64,000 nt of DNA from Callorhinchus milii (Eukaryota), in the NCBI RefSeq assembly GCF_018977255.1, contig NW_024704743.1, positions 1,922,001-1,986,000 on the forward strand. The letters run 5' to 3'. The notes below the pieces were generated by a model, which saw only the letters and a list, made by a program, of their open reading frames with translations, was not told the origin of the DNA and did no database searches. A program made the position numbers and the translations under genes. Shown here in pieces: positions 62,244 to 64,000 of the stretch. The stretch's first letter is position 1. Each line of letters begins with the position of its first letter.

Positions 62244-64000
62244 CGTGAGGAAATGTGCCCAACCTTTCGCCCTGACCTGCCCAAGAATCGAACCCGGGTT
62301 GACCGTTCTCAGCGCTCTGATGTGGCTCCCTGCTTGAACGGCGCTGCATAAACGCAAGCCGTCGTTGTTCTTGTTGTTGCGGACCGAAAAGGCCAAATTG
62401 GACAGCAGATTGAGCATTACACTCAGTAATATAATGGGCCGTCCTTCACTGAGTAAGAAATGCACTACTAGAAGAACTGTACTGTTCACACTGTAGAGTT
62501 ACTTTGAGAGAGAAACTCAGCTGGAAATTGCAAGCTGGACCTTGTGAGATAATATACTTTCATTTGCTCTAGTGCTAGCTCTGAATCGTGTCCATTAAAC
62601 TGAGAGGTAAGCTCTTCAGTCTCTCACACACACATTGTTGTTGAAGGCGCACAGCTTCTCAAAAGATAAATCAAGTGTTCCCACTGCTACTTCTCATCTC
62701 TTCTCCTGGATGGAGGATAACTCTGTCTCAGCTGCTTACTCCTCCAAACCCTGGCGCCTCATAAGCCATCGCTTGCCACAGAATAATAATCATCCGTGTA
62801 TTTGATCCAGCGAGGGCTATCACGTCATCACACAATTTTGGAGTCCTGTAGCTTAGTGGTTAGGGCACTCGCTTCGCGAGCGAGAGGACCTGGGTTCAAT
62901 TCCCGGGTATGGAGTAAGGAAACTTGACTAAAGTTTTGTCCTGGAATGCTCGCGAGGTGAGTGCTCCAACCAACACACTACACAGCACTGCAGGACTCCA
63001 CGTGTTTGATATTAGACCTGGTCTGTCAGGCAAGGCTAAGAGAGAGGCCTTTTACAGATGATCAAGCTTGTCAATCAAAGGAAGACTTTGCATTACTTTG
63101 ATTCTAACGAAGAGTCTGTAAACCAGGGCTTTGTTTGACAAGGCATATTAATACTGAATAATGGAAAGTGACAAAGACAAAGTGATGATGGTTTATTAGA
63201 TACCAATCCTCGGGTTGAGCGTTGGAATAGAACTGTTGGAGGTCAAATTCGCACATCATTTTCCACAAGACCCCTTCAGAATCAGGGTGGCGGATGACAG
63301 CGAGGCTCTCTACTTATTTTTAATCTCTCTTGCTCCCTCGCTCGCTCGCTCGCTCTCTCTCTCTCTCTTTTTCTCTCTCTCTCAACTCTATTCACTTTGT
63401 GACTCATCAAATAGAACATTTCCACCATTTCGGGAATACATTTGCTTCGACATTGCAAGTGGCAAAGTAAAGAGGAAGAGGTATTTTCCCTCTCAAAGAC
63501 ACAATTGATATTTACTTCGATGCAACTAACCAGAGCAACTAACTACGGTTGCAGAAGGACTATACTACGACAACAACAACAACAACAAATTGTATTTGTG
63601 GGACACTGCTGCTTTTTGCCCATAAAACATGCAGTCAATTCACTTTACAGTATATTCTGCGAAGCGCTTTGAGCCTTGATGAGGCGCTGTCTCAAATGCA
63701 AGGATTATCATTGTTATCATTACTCCTGTTTTCCATCTTTTCTTTAATCTGAAAGTGGGCAAAATAAGAATTTTAAGTAAGTCGTACTGCGGATTTTTAA
63801 GCAAACATTATGAAGCAGCTCCTTCAAAGACTTTATACGTACAAGCTCTTGCCGCCGCCCACGGGTGGTAACACTTTATAACGAATTTGTCAACGGTTTA
63901 TTCTGAAAGGTTAAGCAGATCTGTGAAACAGCGCGATTGAAAGTCACATTATTGTAAAATTTTAAATGTTTAAAAAATGTCGCCTGTTATTTTTAACCCA

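Noticed and set aside
31300..64000. Additional protein-coding gene (e.g. INSIG1) downstream of HTR5A
   Set aside because: No recognisable exons; ORFs here derive from SINE, L2, CR1 or simple repeats. Very short or non-coding exons cannot be excluded by eye.

Overview
Vertebrate genomic DNA, most likely a cartilaginous fish and plausibly the chimaera Callorhinchus milii. That is an inference from the repeat content: DeuSINE-type tRNA SINEs and CR1, L2 and Penelope-like relics. The minus strand (218-19509) carries PAXIP1/PTIP, a six-BRCT protein with a polyQ region. Coding exons 2-21 can be assembled by hand with consistent splice phases. Exon 1 is not visible and probably lies in the N-gap at 21406-21435. 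The plus strand carries a two-exon serotonin receptor 5A gene (HTR5A, 28457-29149 + 30911-31243, 341 aa), head-to-head with PAXIP1 as in human 7q36. From about 31.3 kb to 64 kb no coding exons were found; this stretch is dense in repeats with scattered CNE-like islands. The main findings are: (1) PAXIP1 has two minor-spliceosome (U12) introns, a GT-AG intron 3 and an AT-AC terminal intron before a 16-nt last coding exon, and retention of the latter would give a near-full-length protein ending YPFAAL instead of YKFT; (2) a 1-nt frameshift in PAXIP1 exon 6, probably a homopolymer assembly error; (3) Penelope-like relics with a degenerate minimal hammerhead ribozyme fold; (4) an unclassified interspersed repeat family, two inverted duplications and a locally templated 45-nt insertion. 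All homology calls come from my own recognition of the sequence; no database search was run.
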